Positions 49,740-59,609 of a DNA stretch of 64,000 nucleotides are shown here, in pieces. Source of the stretch: Vicinamibacteria bacterium (GTDB lineage: Bacteria > Acidobacteriota > Vicinamibacteria > Marinacidobacterales > Marinacidobacteraceae); assembly GCA_964291235.2 (NCBI GenBank), contig OZ219816.1, positions 576,001 to 640,000 of the forward strand, read 5' to 3'. The notes under the pieces were generated by a model that saw only the letters and a list, made by a program, of their open reading frames with translations, ran no database searches and was not told where the DNA came from. A program made the position numbers and the translations under genes. The first letter of the stretch is position 1. Every line of letters begins with the position of its first letter.

Positions 49740-50369
49740 GTGGGCCCCGAAACCGTCGTCGTGGATCACGGCGCCGGGAACCTGGCGAGCGTAGTCCGGG
49801 CGCTCGGGAGACAGGGCGCCGACGCCTCCCTCAGTTCGGATCCGCAGCGCGTCGCCGCGGCCCGGAAACTGGTTCTGCCCGGCGACGGACACTTCGGCGA
49901 GGCGATGCGGGCACTGCGCGCCCGGGGTCTGGAAGCGCCGGTGCGCCAGGCCATCGAGGCCGGGGCGTGGCTCCTCGGAATCTGCGTCGGGCTGCAGATG
50001 CTGCTCGGGGAGAGCGACGAGGCGCCGGGGATCTCGGGACTCGGTTTGCTTTCGGGGCGCGTGCGCCGTTTCGCGAGGGGGCTGCCGGTGCCGCACATCG
50101 GCTGGAATCAGCTCGAGGGAATCGACGGGAGCCCCCTGTTTCAGGGTATTCCCGAAGGCGGCTACGCCTACTTCCTGCACTCGTTCTACGCGGACCCCTC
50201 CCAGCCGCAACACCGGCTCGCGAGTACCGAGTACGGGGTCCGGTTTGCTTCGGCGGCCGGGAAGGGCAGGGTGTTCGGGATCCAGTTCCATCCGGAAAAG
50301 AGCGGCCGTCTCGGGGCAGCGGTGCTCTCGAACTTTCTGGCGCTCGGCGGGTCGCCGGCCGGCCGGTGA
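49740..50369 (+). CDS. hisH: IGP synthase glutaminase subunit
   Basis: GICVGLQ, PHIGWN and QFHPEKS motifs. Confidence 0.96.
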   Translation: MGPETVVVDHGAGNLASVVRALGRQGADASLSSDPQRVAAARKLVLPGDGHFGEAMRALRARGLEAPVRQAIEAGAWLLGICVGLQMLLGESDEAPGISGLGLLSGRVRRFARGLPVPHIGWNQLEGIDGSPLFQGIPEGGYAYFLHSFYADPSQPQHRLASTEYGVRFASAAGKGRVFGIQFHPEKSGRLGAAVLSNFLALGGSPAGR

Positions 50370-51148
50370 TCGAAACGGGCATCGAGCCGATTCCGGCCGT
50401 CGATCTCTCCGGCGGGCGCGTGGTCCGGCTGCTGCGGGGGATTCGCGACCGGGAAACTGTGTACGGCGAAGATCCGCTCCAGGTGGCGGCGGGCTTCGCC
50501 GCCGCCGGAGCCCGGTGGCTCCACGTTGTGGATCTCGACGCCGCGTTCGGTGACGGAGGAAACCGCCACGCCGTGCGGGCCCTGCTCGCGTCGTCACCCC
50601 TCGAAGTCCAGGTGGCGGGAGGCGTCCGGACGGCGCGCTCCTACGCGGAGCTACGGGAAGCGGGGGCCGCCCGGGTGGTATTCGGAACCGTCGCCGTCGA
50701 AGCACCCGAGGTGGTGGAGGAGGCCATCGGGATGGATCCCGCGGGGGTCGTGGTCGCGCTCGACGTGCGGCGCGGCCGCCTGCAGACCCGGGGGTGGGTG
50801 GAGCCCGATCCGGGCGGGACCGGAGTCCGGGGCGCCGCACCCGAATCGGCGGCCCGCCGGTGGGGAGAGAGGGGCGCTGCCGGCCTCGTGTACACGAGCG
50901 TGGAGCGGGACGGGACGATGGAAGGGCCGGACGCGGAAGCGGCTCTACAGGTGGCCGCCGCGTCCGGACTTCCCACGGTCGTGGCCGGCGGGGTCGGGAC
51001 CCTGGCGCACCTTCAAGCGGTGGGGGCCGCCGCCCGTGAAGCCGCGTCGGGCGGCCGTCGAGGGGGCGGGTTGAGCGGAGTGATCCTCGGGCGCGCGCTC
51101 TATGAGGGGCGCTTCACCCTTGCCGAGGCCCGGCGGGCGCTTGAGTAG
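50366..51148 (+). CDS. hisA: ProFAR isomerase
   Basis: IPAVDLSGGRVVRL, LHVVDLD and RDGTMEGP motifs; GTG overlaps the hisH TGA. Confidence 0.93.
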   Translation: MIETGIEPIPAVDLSGGRVVRLLRGIRDRETVYGEDPLQVAAGFAAAGARWLHVVDLDAAFGDGGNRHAVRALLASSPLEVQVAGGVRTARSYAELREAGAARVVFGTVAVEAPEVVEEAIGMDPAGVVVALDVRRGRLQTRGWVEPDPGGTGVRGAAPESAARRWGERGAAGLVYTSVERDGTMEGPDAEAALQVAAASGLPTVVAGGVGTLAHLQAVGAAAREAASGGRRGGGLSGVILGRALYEGRFTLAEARRALE

Positions 51149-51157
51149 CCCGTTTCC

Positions 51158-51798
51158 TCAGCTCTCCCGGGGCGGGAACCGGCGGGTGACTTCCGCCGCC
51201 ACTTCCCGGCCGTCGATTTCGAGATTCTCGAGCAGCACGAGCAGGTGGTAGAGAAGATCCACCGACTCATTCACGACCTCGCTCTTGGAGCCGGCCGCGG
51301 CGGCCAGCGCCACCTCGACGCCTTCCTCTCCCACCTTCTGGGCGATGCGGCGGGTTCCGGCCTGCAGCAGGGCGGCGGTGTAGGAGCCTTCGGGACGGCT
51401 CGCGGCGCGCTCGCGGACAATCCGCGTGAGCTCGCCGAGCGCCGGCCCGAGTTCCGAGACGGCGGCCGCGGGCGGCGTGCTCTTTCCTCCTTCGAGGGGT
51501 TCGAAAAAGCATGACGTCTGCCCGGTATGGCACGTGGGTCCGGCGGGATCGGCATGAACCAGCAGGGCGTCACCGTCGCAGTCAATCGCCAGCGAGCGCA
51601 GATGGAGTTCGTTGCCCGAGGTCTCGCCTTTCTTCCACAGGGCCTGGCGGCTTCGCGACCAGAAATGGACCCGGCCGCTCTCGATCGTCCGCGCCAGGGC
51701 TTCGTCGTTCATCCACCCGAGCATGAGGACCCGGCCGCTGACCGCGTCCTGGACGACGGCGGGCACCAGCCCGGCCTCGTTCCACCGAATCTGCTGCT

Positions 51799-51802
<4 letters not shown>
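51158..51802 (-). CDS. hisIE: Bifunctional PR-AMP cyclohydrolase / PR-ATP pyrophosphatase
   Basis: [26 protein letters not shown] and DLLYH motifs. Confidence 0.96.
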
Positions 51803-52602
<800 letters not shown>

Positions 52603-52654
52603 CGGGCGATTCTAGGCCGCGCGGCGAGGCCTTCCCGACCCCTAAGATTCCCGG

Positions 52655-53395
52655 ATGGACCCGACGCTGCCGCTGCACCCGGGAGGGGGATCGGTTCCTT
52701 CGCAGGGGCCCAGCCAGGAAATCCGCGCCCGGCGCGACCGCATCCGGGAGCAGGTGGGGAGCGAGCGGTGGCGGGCGTCCCGCGACCTGCTGGTGGTGGA
52801 AGCCGCCCGGGCGACGCTGCAACTGACCGGGACAGCCATCCCGGAAACGGAACTCCGGGCTGCTGTCGAGGGAGCGCCCACCGCCACCTTCGCCCCGGCG
52901 CTCGGGGCGCTCCGCCTGCTCCAGCGGGCGGCGGCGGACCGGGATCCCACCCGGGAGCTGATTCGTGAGGTTCACGCGGTTTCCGCCGGGGAAGCCGGAG
53001 CGAGTCCCTTCCGCGGCCACCAGATCGAGCCGCAGTTCCAGGGCGCGGGCCTCTCTCCCCCGCAGACCATTGAAATCCGGCTCGCCGAGCTTCTCGAATG
53101 GATTTCGGGGACCAGCGGTCAGGATCTCGAAACCGCGCCGCGCGCGGCCCTCTTCTTCGCCCGGTTCCTCGAGATCTCTCCTTTCGTGCGCGCCAACTTC
53201 CGGGTGGCGCACCTGATGCTCACCTTCTTCACGCTCGCCGACGACCAGCCGCCCGTCTGGTTCGAGGCGGAGGATGCGCCCGGTATCCGCGACGATGTCT
53301 CGCGGGCCTTCCGCTTCGACACGGGTCCCCTGACGGCGCGCATCGAGAGTTCCCTCCACCGCTCCCTCGACCGTGTCTCGGGTCCGGAGAGTTAA
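52655..53395 (+). CDS. Fic/Fido-fold protein with degenerate active site
   Basis: ELIREVH, FRG and FLEISPFVRANFRVAHL, versus canonical HPFxDGNGRxxR. Confidence 0.7.
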   Translation: MDPTLPLHPGGGSVPSQGPSQEIRARRDRIREQVGSERWRASRDLLVVEAARATLQLTGTAIPETELRAAVEGAPTATFAPALGALRLLQRAAADRDPTRELIREVHAVSAGEAGASPFRGHQIEPQFQGAGLSPPQTIEIRLAELLEWISGTSGQDLETAPRAALFFARFLEISPFVRANFRVAHLMLTFFTLADDQPPVWFEAEDAPGIRDDVSRAFRFDTGPLTARIESSLHRSLDRVSGPES

Positions 53396-53630
53396 GAGCC
53401 CATGGCAAAACCCGCGCCCCCCCACCGGGAGAACTGGCACTTCGCGGCGCGTAGCGTCGCGGGGGTGGGGTGCGGGGAGGGGTTTCCCCTCCCCGTGAAA
53501 GACGATGCTGCGAATCGCACAGCGATTCGCAGCATCAACTCGTGGTGAAAGCGCCCCGCACGCACGCAAACCACGGATTTGGTGCGCGAGATCTCCTGGG
53601 GCTCGTGCGGGGTGCTTTCACCACGGGCTG
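53396..53630. mobile_element. MITE-like element, copy 2, flanked by TTAA
   Basis: TTAA at 53392-53395 and 53631-53634; ends GAGCCCATGGCAAAA / TTTCACCACGGGCTG; internal perfect hairpins. Confidence 0.75.
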
Positions 53631-53702
53631 TTAATCGCCCGCTACAATCCGAAGCATCGGGTGATGCGGGGGCTTCCTCCCGGCTCCGCCCCGATATCCG
53701 AA

Positions 53703-53993
53703 ATGTTTCTGTGGTTCGGGCTACCCGGCTCTCTCGTCTCCGGCGTTGCCGGCCTTGGGGCGATGCTCCAGCAGCGGCAGACGGTCGAGTTCGTCACTCT
53801 CCCGAACCCCGAGCCGCCCCGCGGAATCCTGACGCTGATCCTGGAGTCCTTCGCGCTTGCCGGGACACTCCTGCTGGGAACGGTGCTGGTCGGACTCGGT
53901 TTCGGACTCTTCCGAATCTGGCTCATCCGCCGGTATCCGGACAACCGCTTCAACGGAAGCGGACGGGACACTCCCCGGCTCGACCTCAGTTGA
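53703..53993 (+). CDS. Small membrane protein (start uncertain)
   Basis: Hydrophobic segment LILESFALAGTLLLGTVLVGLGFGLF; TACAAT upstream at ~53643; stop overlaps the next start. Confidence 0.6.
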   Translation: MFLWFGLPGSLVSGVAGLGAMLQQRQTVEFVTLPNPEPPRGILTLILESFALAGTLLLGTVLVGLGFGLFRIWLIRRYPDNRFNGSGRDTPRLDLS

Positions 53994-54406
53994 GCGCGGC
54001 GGCGGATCTCCGGACCCCCGACCCGGTTCCCCTGGTCATCTATGACGGGGGCTGAGGTTTTTGCACACGCGCCGCGGTCGCGGCGGCCCGTTTCGCCGGC
54101 GATCGGCCGATTCGGTTTGCCGCTCACCAGGAACTGACGGACGACCGGCTGGCCGAGCTCGGCATCTCGCGGACGGCATGTGAGAGGCGGGTCCGGTTCC
54201 GGGATCCACGAGGCCGCTTTCACGGCGGGGCCTTCGCCGTGAACCGATTTCTGCTCTACGCCGCGCCGCCGGGGCTCCCGGGGTTTCCCTCCCGGGCGCT
54301 CGCGCTCCTCTGCTACGCGTTCCCGCCGCTGCTCCTCGCCGAACTCCTCGCCTACGAACTCGTCGCGCGGAACCGCGACTGCCGTCTGCTCAATCCGTCC
54401 GATTAG
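53990..54406 (+). CDS. DCC1-like (DUF393) thiol-disulfide oxidoreductase with in-frame TGA (putative selenocysteine) at 54053-54055
   Basis: Manual translation LVIYDGG[TGA]GFCTR...GGAFAVN...AYELVARNR; 138 codons; TTG overlaps the upstream TGA. Confidence 0.82.
54056..54085 (+). promoter_or_regulatory. Putative bacterial SECIS hairpin
   Basis: CGCCGC-GGTC-GCGGCG (54070-54085); apical loop 20 nt after the TGA and starting with G. Confidence 0.65.
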
Positions 54407-54446
54407 ACGGTATCCTGCCCCACCGACCTATCCGAGGAGATTTCCC

Positions 54447-55325
54447 ATGTCCCGCTTTCGTTCCCTGACCCTCGCCTGCGCTCCGCTGCCGCTCCTCCTG
54501 GCCTGTGGCGCCCCTCCCGCCGAGGCGCCGATGGCCCCCCCCACGGTCGCGGTGGACGACCAGCCGGCCGGGGAATACGTTCGTTTTGCCGGCGCTTCGG
54601 GCGGGGCCGCCTGGGGCCGTATCGAAGGCGAAGAGATCGTGGTCCTGGGCGCGGCTCCCTGGGACGGCGGGGCGCCCACCGGAGAGCGGGTGGCGCGTTC
54701 CGGCGCCCGCCTGCTGGCGCCTGCCGACCCCGGCAAGGTGATCGCGATCGGTCTCAACTACGCCTCCCATCTTGGGGACCGCGAGCCGGCTTCCTATCCG
54801 GGGGTCTTCGCGAAGCTGCCGACGAGCATCGTGGGGCCGGGCGACGCGATCGAGATGACCGATGATGCCGGCAACGTCCACTACGAAGGCGAACTGGTGG
54901 TCGTGATCGGCAAGACGGCGCAGGACGTCTCCGTGGACCAGGCCCAGGACTACGTCTTCGGCGTGACCGCGGGCAACGACGTGAGCGAACGCGATTGGCA
55001 GGGCGCCGACCTCCAGTGGTTCCGGGCGAAGGCCTCCGACACCTACGGGCCGATCGGGCCAGTGATTTCCCGCGGCGTCAACTACGACGACCTCGAACTC
55101 ACGACCCGGCTGAACGGCGAAGTCGTGCAGCAGCAGCGCACCAGCGACCTGATCTTCGACACCAGCGACATCGTGAGTTACGTGAGCCGCTACGTGACGC
55201 TGATGCCCGGCGATGTCATCTTCACCGGGACCCCCGGCACCACCCAGGCGATGAACGAAGGGGACATGGTGTCGGTGGAGGTCGAGACGGTGGGCGTGCT
55301 CGAGAACCCGGTCGCCCGTCGCTAG
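54447..55325 (+). CDS. Fumarylacetoacetate hydrolase family protein with lipoprotein signal
   Basis: GLNYASH, HYEGEL, GNDVSERD and TGTPG motifs; lipobox LLACG; GAGGAG RBS. Confidence 0.9.
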   Translation: MSRFRSLTLACAPLPLLLACGAPPAEAPMAPPTVAVDDQPAGEYVRFAGASGGAAWGRIEGEEIVVLGAAPWDGGAPTGERVARSGARLLAPADPGKVIAIGLNYASHLGDREPASYPGVFAKLPTSIVGPGDAIEMTDDAGNVHYEGELVVVIGKTAQDVSVDQAQDYVFGVTAGNDVSERDWQGADLQWFRAKASDTYGPIGPVISRGVNYDDLELTTRLNGEVVQQQRTSDLIFDTSDIVSYVSRYVTLMPGDVIFTGTPGTTQAMNEGDMVSVEVETVGVLENPVARR

Positions 55326-55385
55326 CCGGGACGGATCCCCGCTCCACTCCCGGTCCCGCCGCGCGGCCGACGCCGCGCGGGACCT

Positions 55386-55700
55386 TCAGGCGCTTGCGGC
55401 AGCCTTTTGCAGGCGGCGTCCGAGATGTTCCTCGATGGCGGAGCAGGGGACGAACATCGGCTTCTCGTCCACGTCGATCCGGAACGAACAGCCGCCACCG
55501 CCGTTGTCCGTGACTTCGAAGGTCCCCGAGAAGTTCCCGAGCGGCGTCGGCAGGGAGAATTCGCCGAACCCGGCGGAATCCTCGCCCCCGTGGACGGTGC
55601 CACCGAACCGGGCGAAGTCGGCCCGGAGGGCTTCCAGAAGCCGTGCGGCCTCGACACCGAGGCTGAAATCGAACTGACAGGCGGACATGCCCGACCCCAC
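55386..55700 (-). CDS. Hypothetical protein
   Basis: 104-aa ORF directly downstream of the M20 gene; KPMFVPC motif. Confidence 0.65.
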   Translation of the reverse strand: MGSGMSACQFDFSLGVEAARLLEALRADFARFGGTVHGGEDSAGFGEFSLPTPLGNFSGTFEVTDNGGGGCSFRIDVDEKPMFVPCSAIEEHLGRRLQKAAASA

Positions 55701-55703
55701 CAG

Positions 55704-57014
55704 CTAGTTCGCCGCTTCGAGGCCGGCTTCGGCCAGCACGAGCAGCAACGCCTTCTGAATTCCGAGGTGGCCGTCCCGGTTGGCCCACCACTCGTGAAGC
55801 GAGTGAGCGCCGAAGCCCTCCCCGCCGCTCCCGATGGTGGTGGCCGGAATGCCGCGGGCGATGGGAACGTTCGAGTCCGTGGAACCCATGCTGAGCTCCG
55901 GTTCCGCTCCCACGGCCCGGGTCGCCGCGAGCGCCCGCTGAATGAGGGGGGTGTCGATGGCGACCATTCCGGAGGGCCGGTCTCCGATCATCTCGATGTC
56001 CACGGTGAGTTCCTCGCCGTCCCGGCGCATTTCGTTCTGCTCCGCGAGGGCCTCGGTCATGGCTTTCTGGAAGATGGCGTCGATCTCCTGCAACCGTCCC
56101 GGTTCCATGGAACGCATGTCCACTTCCATCCAGTTTTCGAACGGGATCGAGTTCACCGAGGTTCCGCCCCCGATGCGGCCGATGTTGTAGGTGGTCTTGG
56201 CTCCCGCGGTGACGTACTCGCCCGCCCGATCGTCGAACAGCTTGATGGCCCGGGCCATCGCATGGGCGGGATTCCCGAGGCCGAAGGCGCCCCAGGAGTG
56301 CCCGCCGGGTCCGAGGAAGCGGACCCGGTAGCGGTGGGAACCGATCGCGTGGTTCAGGACCCGGGTGTTGCTCGTGCCGTCGATGGCGATGAACGCGTCG
56401 ATCTGCGGTCCCCCGTCCCGGAAGAGGTGCTTGACTCCCCGCAGGTCACCGATGCCCTCTTCGCCGACCGATCCGACGAACAGCACGTCATCGCGCGTCT
56501 CGAGCCCGTGGCGATTCAGGAGCTTGACGATGGTCAGCATCGTCACCAGGCCGCGGGTGTCGTCGGCGATTCCCGGGGCCATGAGCTTGTCGCCGTCCCG
56601 GGTAACGGTGACGTCGGTCCCTTCGGGAAACACCGTGTCGAGGTGGGCCACGACCGCTACGGTCCGGCCACCGGTCCGGCCCTTTCGGCGCGCGACCACG
56701 TTGCCGATCTCGTCGAGTTCGGCCTCCAGCCCCGCTTGCTGAACCAGTCCCCGATAGTGCGCCGCGCGCACTTCCTCCTTGAAGGGTGGCGCCGGGATCT
56801 CGGTCAGTTCGATGAGCAGGCGTTCGTTCGCCTCGTCCATCGCGAGGACCTCCTCGAGCGCCGCCGAGACCCGGGAGTCGGCCGTGATCTCCGCCAACTC
56901 GGCCTCGTATTCGGGGAGCACCTCGAGCTGTTGGGCCCGGGCCCCGAGTGCCGGGAAGGCCAGGGCGGCGACCAGGACGGAAAACAGTTGTGTTCTGGAA
57001 TGCGATAGCGGCAT
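55704..57014 (-). CDS. Secreted M20/M25/M40 metallo-hydrolase
   Basis: AHLDTV, IADD, VGEEG, GGHSW, STDSN and AHS motifs; signal peptide. Confidence 0.9.
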   Translation of the reverse strand: MPLSHSRTQLFSVLVAALAFPALGARAQQLEVLPEYEAELAEITADSRVSAALEEVLAMDEANERLLIELTEIPAPPFKEEVRAAHYRGLVQQAGLEAELDEIGNVVARRKGRTGGRTVAVVAHLDTVFPEGTDVTVTRDGDKLMAPGIADDTRGLVTMLTIVKLLNRHGLETRDDVLFVGSVGEEGIGDLRGVKHLFRDGGPQIDAFIAIDGTSNTRVLNHAIGSHRYRVRFLGPGGHSWGAFGLGNPAHAMARAIKLFDDRAGEYVTAGAKTTYNIGRIGGGTSVNSIPFENWMEVDMRSMEPGRLQEIDAIFQKAMTEALAEQNEMRRDGEELTVDIEMIGDRPSGMVAIDTPLIQRALAATRAVGAEPELSMGSTDSNVPIARGIPATTIGSGGEGFGAHSLHEWWANRDGHLGIQKALLLVLAEAGLEAAN

Positions 57015-57119
57015 AACCGCCCAATGCTACCCGAGTCGGTGTCCGGTTCCGCCGCTGCGCTTTCGACGGGGAAAGGGTTGCCAGCAGCGTCGGTTGCTCG
57101 CTGTAACCTCCCCGCGCCG

Positions 57120-59324
57120 ATGTCGTTTCGCAGCCTTCCCGCCTGGCGGGGGCGCGCTCTCCGGGCCACGCTGTTTCGCCGGCTCTGCCCGGTGCTCGTC
57201 GTCGCCGCTTCCCACCTCCCGGGGTGGGCAAGCGAAGCGCACGCCCAGCCGCCGCAGCCGGAGCGGGTGGTAGTGCTCGGTTTCGACGGAGCCGACCCGG
57301 ACACCATCGCCGGGATGATCGCGGAGGGCGACCTTCCGAACCTCGCGAAACTCGCCCGGGAGGGAACCTTCGCGCCGCTCGCCACCACGAAACCGTCGGA
57401 GTCCCCGGTGGCCTGGGCGACCTTCGCCACCGGGATGAACCCCGGCCGCACCAGGATCTTCGACTTTCTCGAAAAGCGCGAAGACACCTACGTCCCTCAA
57501 ATCGCGCTCGTGCGGCAGGCATCGAGGGAGCTGCCGGGGACGCCGATCCGGGTGGGTGCGGTCCTGGTGTTCGCGCTCGGGGCCGGAATCGCCGCCACGT
57601 GGCTCCTCTCCCGCACCCGGTTGCGCCCTCGGGTCCGCTGGGTGATTCTCGGGGTGCTGACGGTGGTTCCCGGGGTGGCGGCAGCTCTCGTTGCGGCATG
57701 GGTGCCCGCCGCCGTCCCGCAGGCGATCCGGGCCCGGCAGGGAGACGCCTTCTGGAAGCTCGCTGGCGGGGCAGGGGTGCCCACGGTGGCGCTCCAGGCC
57801 CCCATGGAGTTCCCGGTCGAAGAATCGCCCGGCGCCCGCATCCTTGCCGGATTCGGAGTCCCCGACGTCCGCAAGTCGTTCGGACTCTGGTCCGTGTACA
57901 CCACGGACCTCCTGGAGGAGGAGTCCACGGAAACCGGCGGCACCCGCTTTCCGCTCCGTTTCGAAGCCGGCGTGGCGACGAGCGTGATCCGCGGGCCGCG
58001 AAATTTCGCCGCCGCGACCCGGGAGGCGGATCAGCCCGAGGTCGAGATTCCGGTCACCTTCCGCCGGAGCGCGGACCGCCTCGAGATCGCGACCTCCGGC
58101 ACGGTTGCCCGTCTTGCCGCGGGAGAGTGGTCCGACTTCGTCCCGGTTCGATTCTCTTTGAATCCGCTGATCAGCCTCGCCGGGCTGGTGCGTTTTCGGG
58201 TGCTTTCCCTGGAGCCGAACGTGTCGGTTTACATGGAGCCGATCAACTTCGACCCCGAGCGACTGCCGCCGATCGTGGACCTGTCGTTCCCCCGGGATTT
58301 TGCGGGCGATCTGGCGCGGCGCACGGGGTCCTACGAGACGATCGGCTGGAAGATCATCACCAACCCGCTGCGTGATGAGGCGGTGGACTTCGAGGCCCTG
58401 CTCGAGGACGCACGGTTCGCCCGGGAGTCGAACGAGCGGCTCCTCATGGAGACGATCCGGGAGGACTCATGGCGGCTGCTGACGGCTGTCTTCCTGTTTC
58501 CCGACCGCATCCAGCACATGCTGTATCGCTTCGCCGACCCCGAGCATCCAAACCACGATCCGGAGCTTGCCGCTCGCTACGGCGGAGGCATTTCCGACGC
58601 CTACCGGGACGTGGACCGCATCGTGGGCGCGGCGATGGAGTCAGCGCCGCCGGACACCCATTTCCTGGTGGTCTCCGATCACGGCTTCCATTCCTTTCGC
58701 AAGCAGTTCAACGTGAACACCTGGTTGGCCGAGAACGGGTACCTGCGGGCCATGGGAGATTCGGGGGAACGCCGGCTCGAGGATCTCTTCGACCCCGACG
58801 CGCTGTTCTTCGTCGGCGTCGATTGGAGCCGGACGAGCGCCTTCGCCCTGGGCCTTTCCGGGATCTATCTGAACCAGCGGGGCCGCGAGCCGGAAGGGAT
58901 CGTCGCGCCCGGCGCGGACCGCGAGCGGCTCATCGAGCGGCTCATCAGCGATCTCAGGGCGTTCCGCGATCCGGAGACCGGCGCGCCGGTGGTCCGGACG
59001 GTGTACCGGCGCGAGGACATCTACCGCGGCCCGTTCGTGGAGGAGGCTCCCGACCTGATCCTCGGTCTCGAGCCCGGCTACCGGATCGGGTGGCAGAGCA
59101 CGCTTGGCGGCATGCCCGCGTCCTCGATCACCCCCAATCTGGACAACTGGAGCGGTGACCACTGTTCGATGGAAGACACCGAGGGAGTGCTCCTCTCCAC
59201 GCTGCCGCTCCAGGAGCCGGCGGCCCTCCGGGATGTCGCCCCGACGGTCCTCGACCTGCTCGGCGTCGAGGCGCCGGAGGAAATGGACGGAATCTCCCTC
59301 CTGTCCCCGCCGCCGCCTCGCTGA
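57120..59324 (+). CDS. Alkaline-phosphatase-superfamily (NPP/phosphodiesterase) protein with internal TM hairpin (start uncertain)
   Basis: LGFDGAD, ESPVAW, DRIQH, VSDHGF, SGDH and DVAPTVL motifs. Confidence 0.88.
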   Translation: MSFRSLPAWRGRALRATLFRRLCPVLVVAASHLPGWASEAHAQPPQPERVVVLGFDGADPDTIAGMIAEGDLPNLAKLAREGTFAPLATTKPSESPVAWATFATGMNPGRTRIFDFLEKREDTYVPQIALVRQASRELPGTPIRVGAVLVFALGAGIAATWLLSRTRLRPRVRWVILGVLTVVPGVAAALVAAWVPAAVPQAIRARQGDAFWKLAGGAGVPTVALQAPMEFPVEESPGARILAGFGVPDVRKSFGLWSVYTTDLLEEESTETGGTRFPLRFEAGVATSVIRGPRNFAAATREADQPEVEIPVTFRRSADRLEIATSGTVARLAAGEWSDFVPVRFSLNPLISLAGLVRFRVLSLEPNVSVYMEPINFDPERLPPIVDLSFPRDFAGDLARRTGSYETIGWKIITNPLRDEAVDFEALLEDARFARESNERLLMETIREDSWRLLTAVFLFPDRIQHMLYRFADPEHPNHDPELAARYGGGISDAYRDVDRIVGAAMESAPPDTHFLVVSDHGFHSFRKQFNVNTWLAENGYLRAMGDSGERRLEDLFDPDALFFVGVDWSRTSAFALGLSGIYLNQRGREPEGIVAPGADRERLIERLISDLRAFRDPETGAPVVRTVYRREDIYRGPFVEEAPDLILGLEPGYRIGWQSTLGGMPASSITPNLDNWSGDHCSMEDTEGVLLSTLPLQEPAALRDVAPTVLDLLGVEAPEEMDGISLLSPPPPR

Positions 59325-59333
59325 CACGGTTAA

Positions 59334-59566
59334 CAGCCTGTGGCAAAACCCCCGCGGCGTCCGACGGGCGATGCCTCCTGGCTGGCCCCCACCGGGAGGA
59401 CTGGCCGCGCCTCTGCGAGGCGCTCATCGTTGCGTTTCGGTCGAAATACACTCGGTATTCCTCCCTCACGCGCCGCCCCCACCGGGAGAACTGGGTCAGC
59501 CAAGCGCCTCACCCCCAGTTCTCCCGGTGGGGGCCTCGGCGCTCACGGGGGTTTCACCACAGGCTG
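59334..59566. mobile_element. MITE-like element, copy 3, flanked by TTAA
   Basis: TTAA at 59330-59333 and 59567-59570; TIRs CAGCCTGTGGCAAAACCCCCG / CGGGGGTTTCACCACAGGCTG. Confidence 0.85.
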
Positions 59567-59609
59567 TTAACGGGGCCCGGTTTCGCCGGTTTTCCGGGTG
59601 CGGCCGGGA

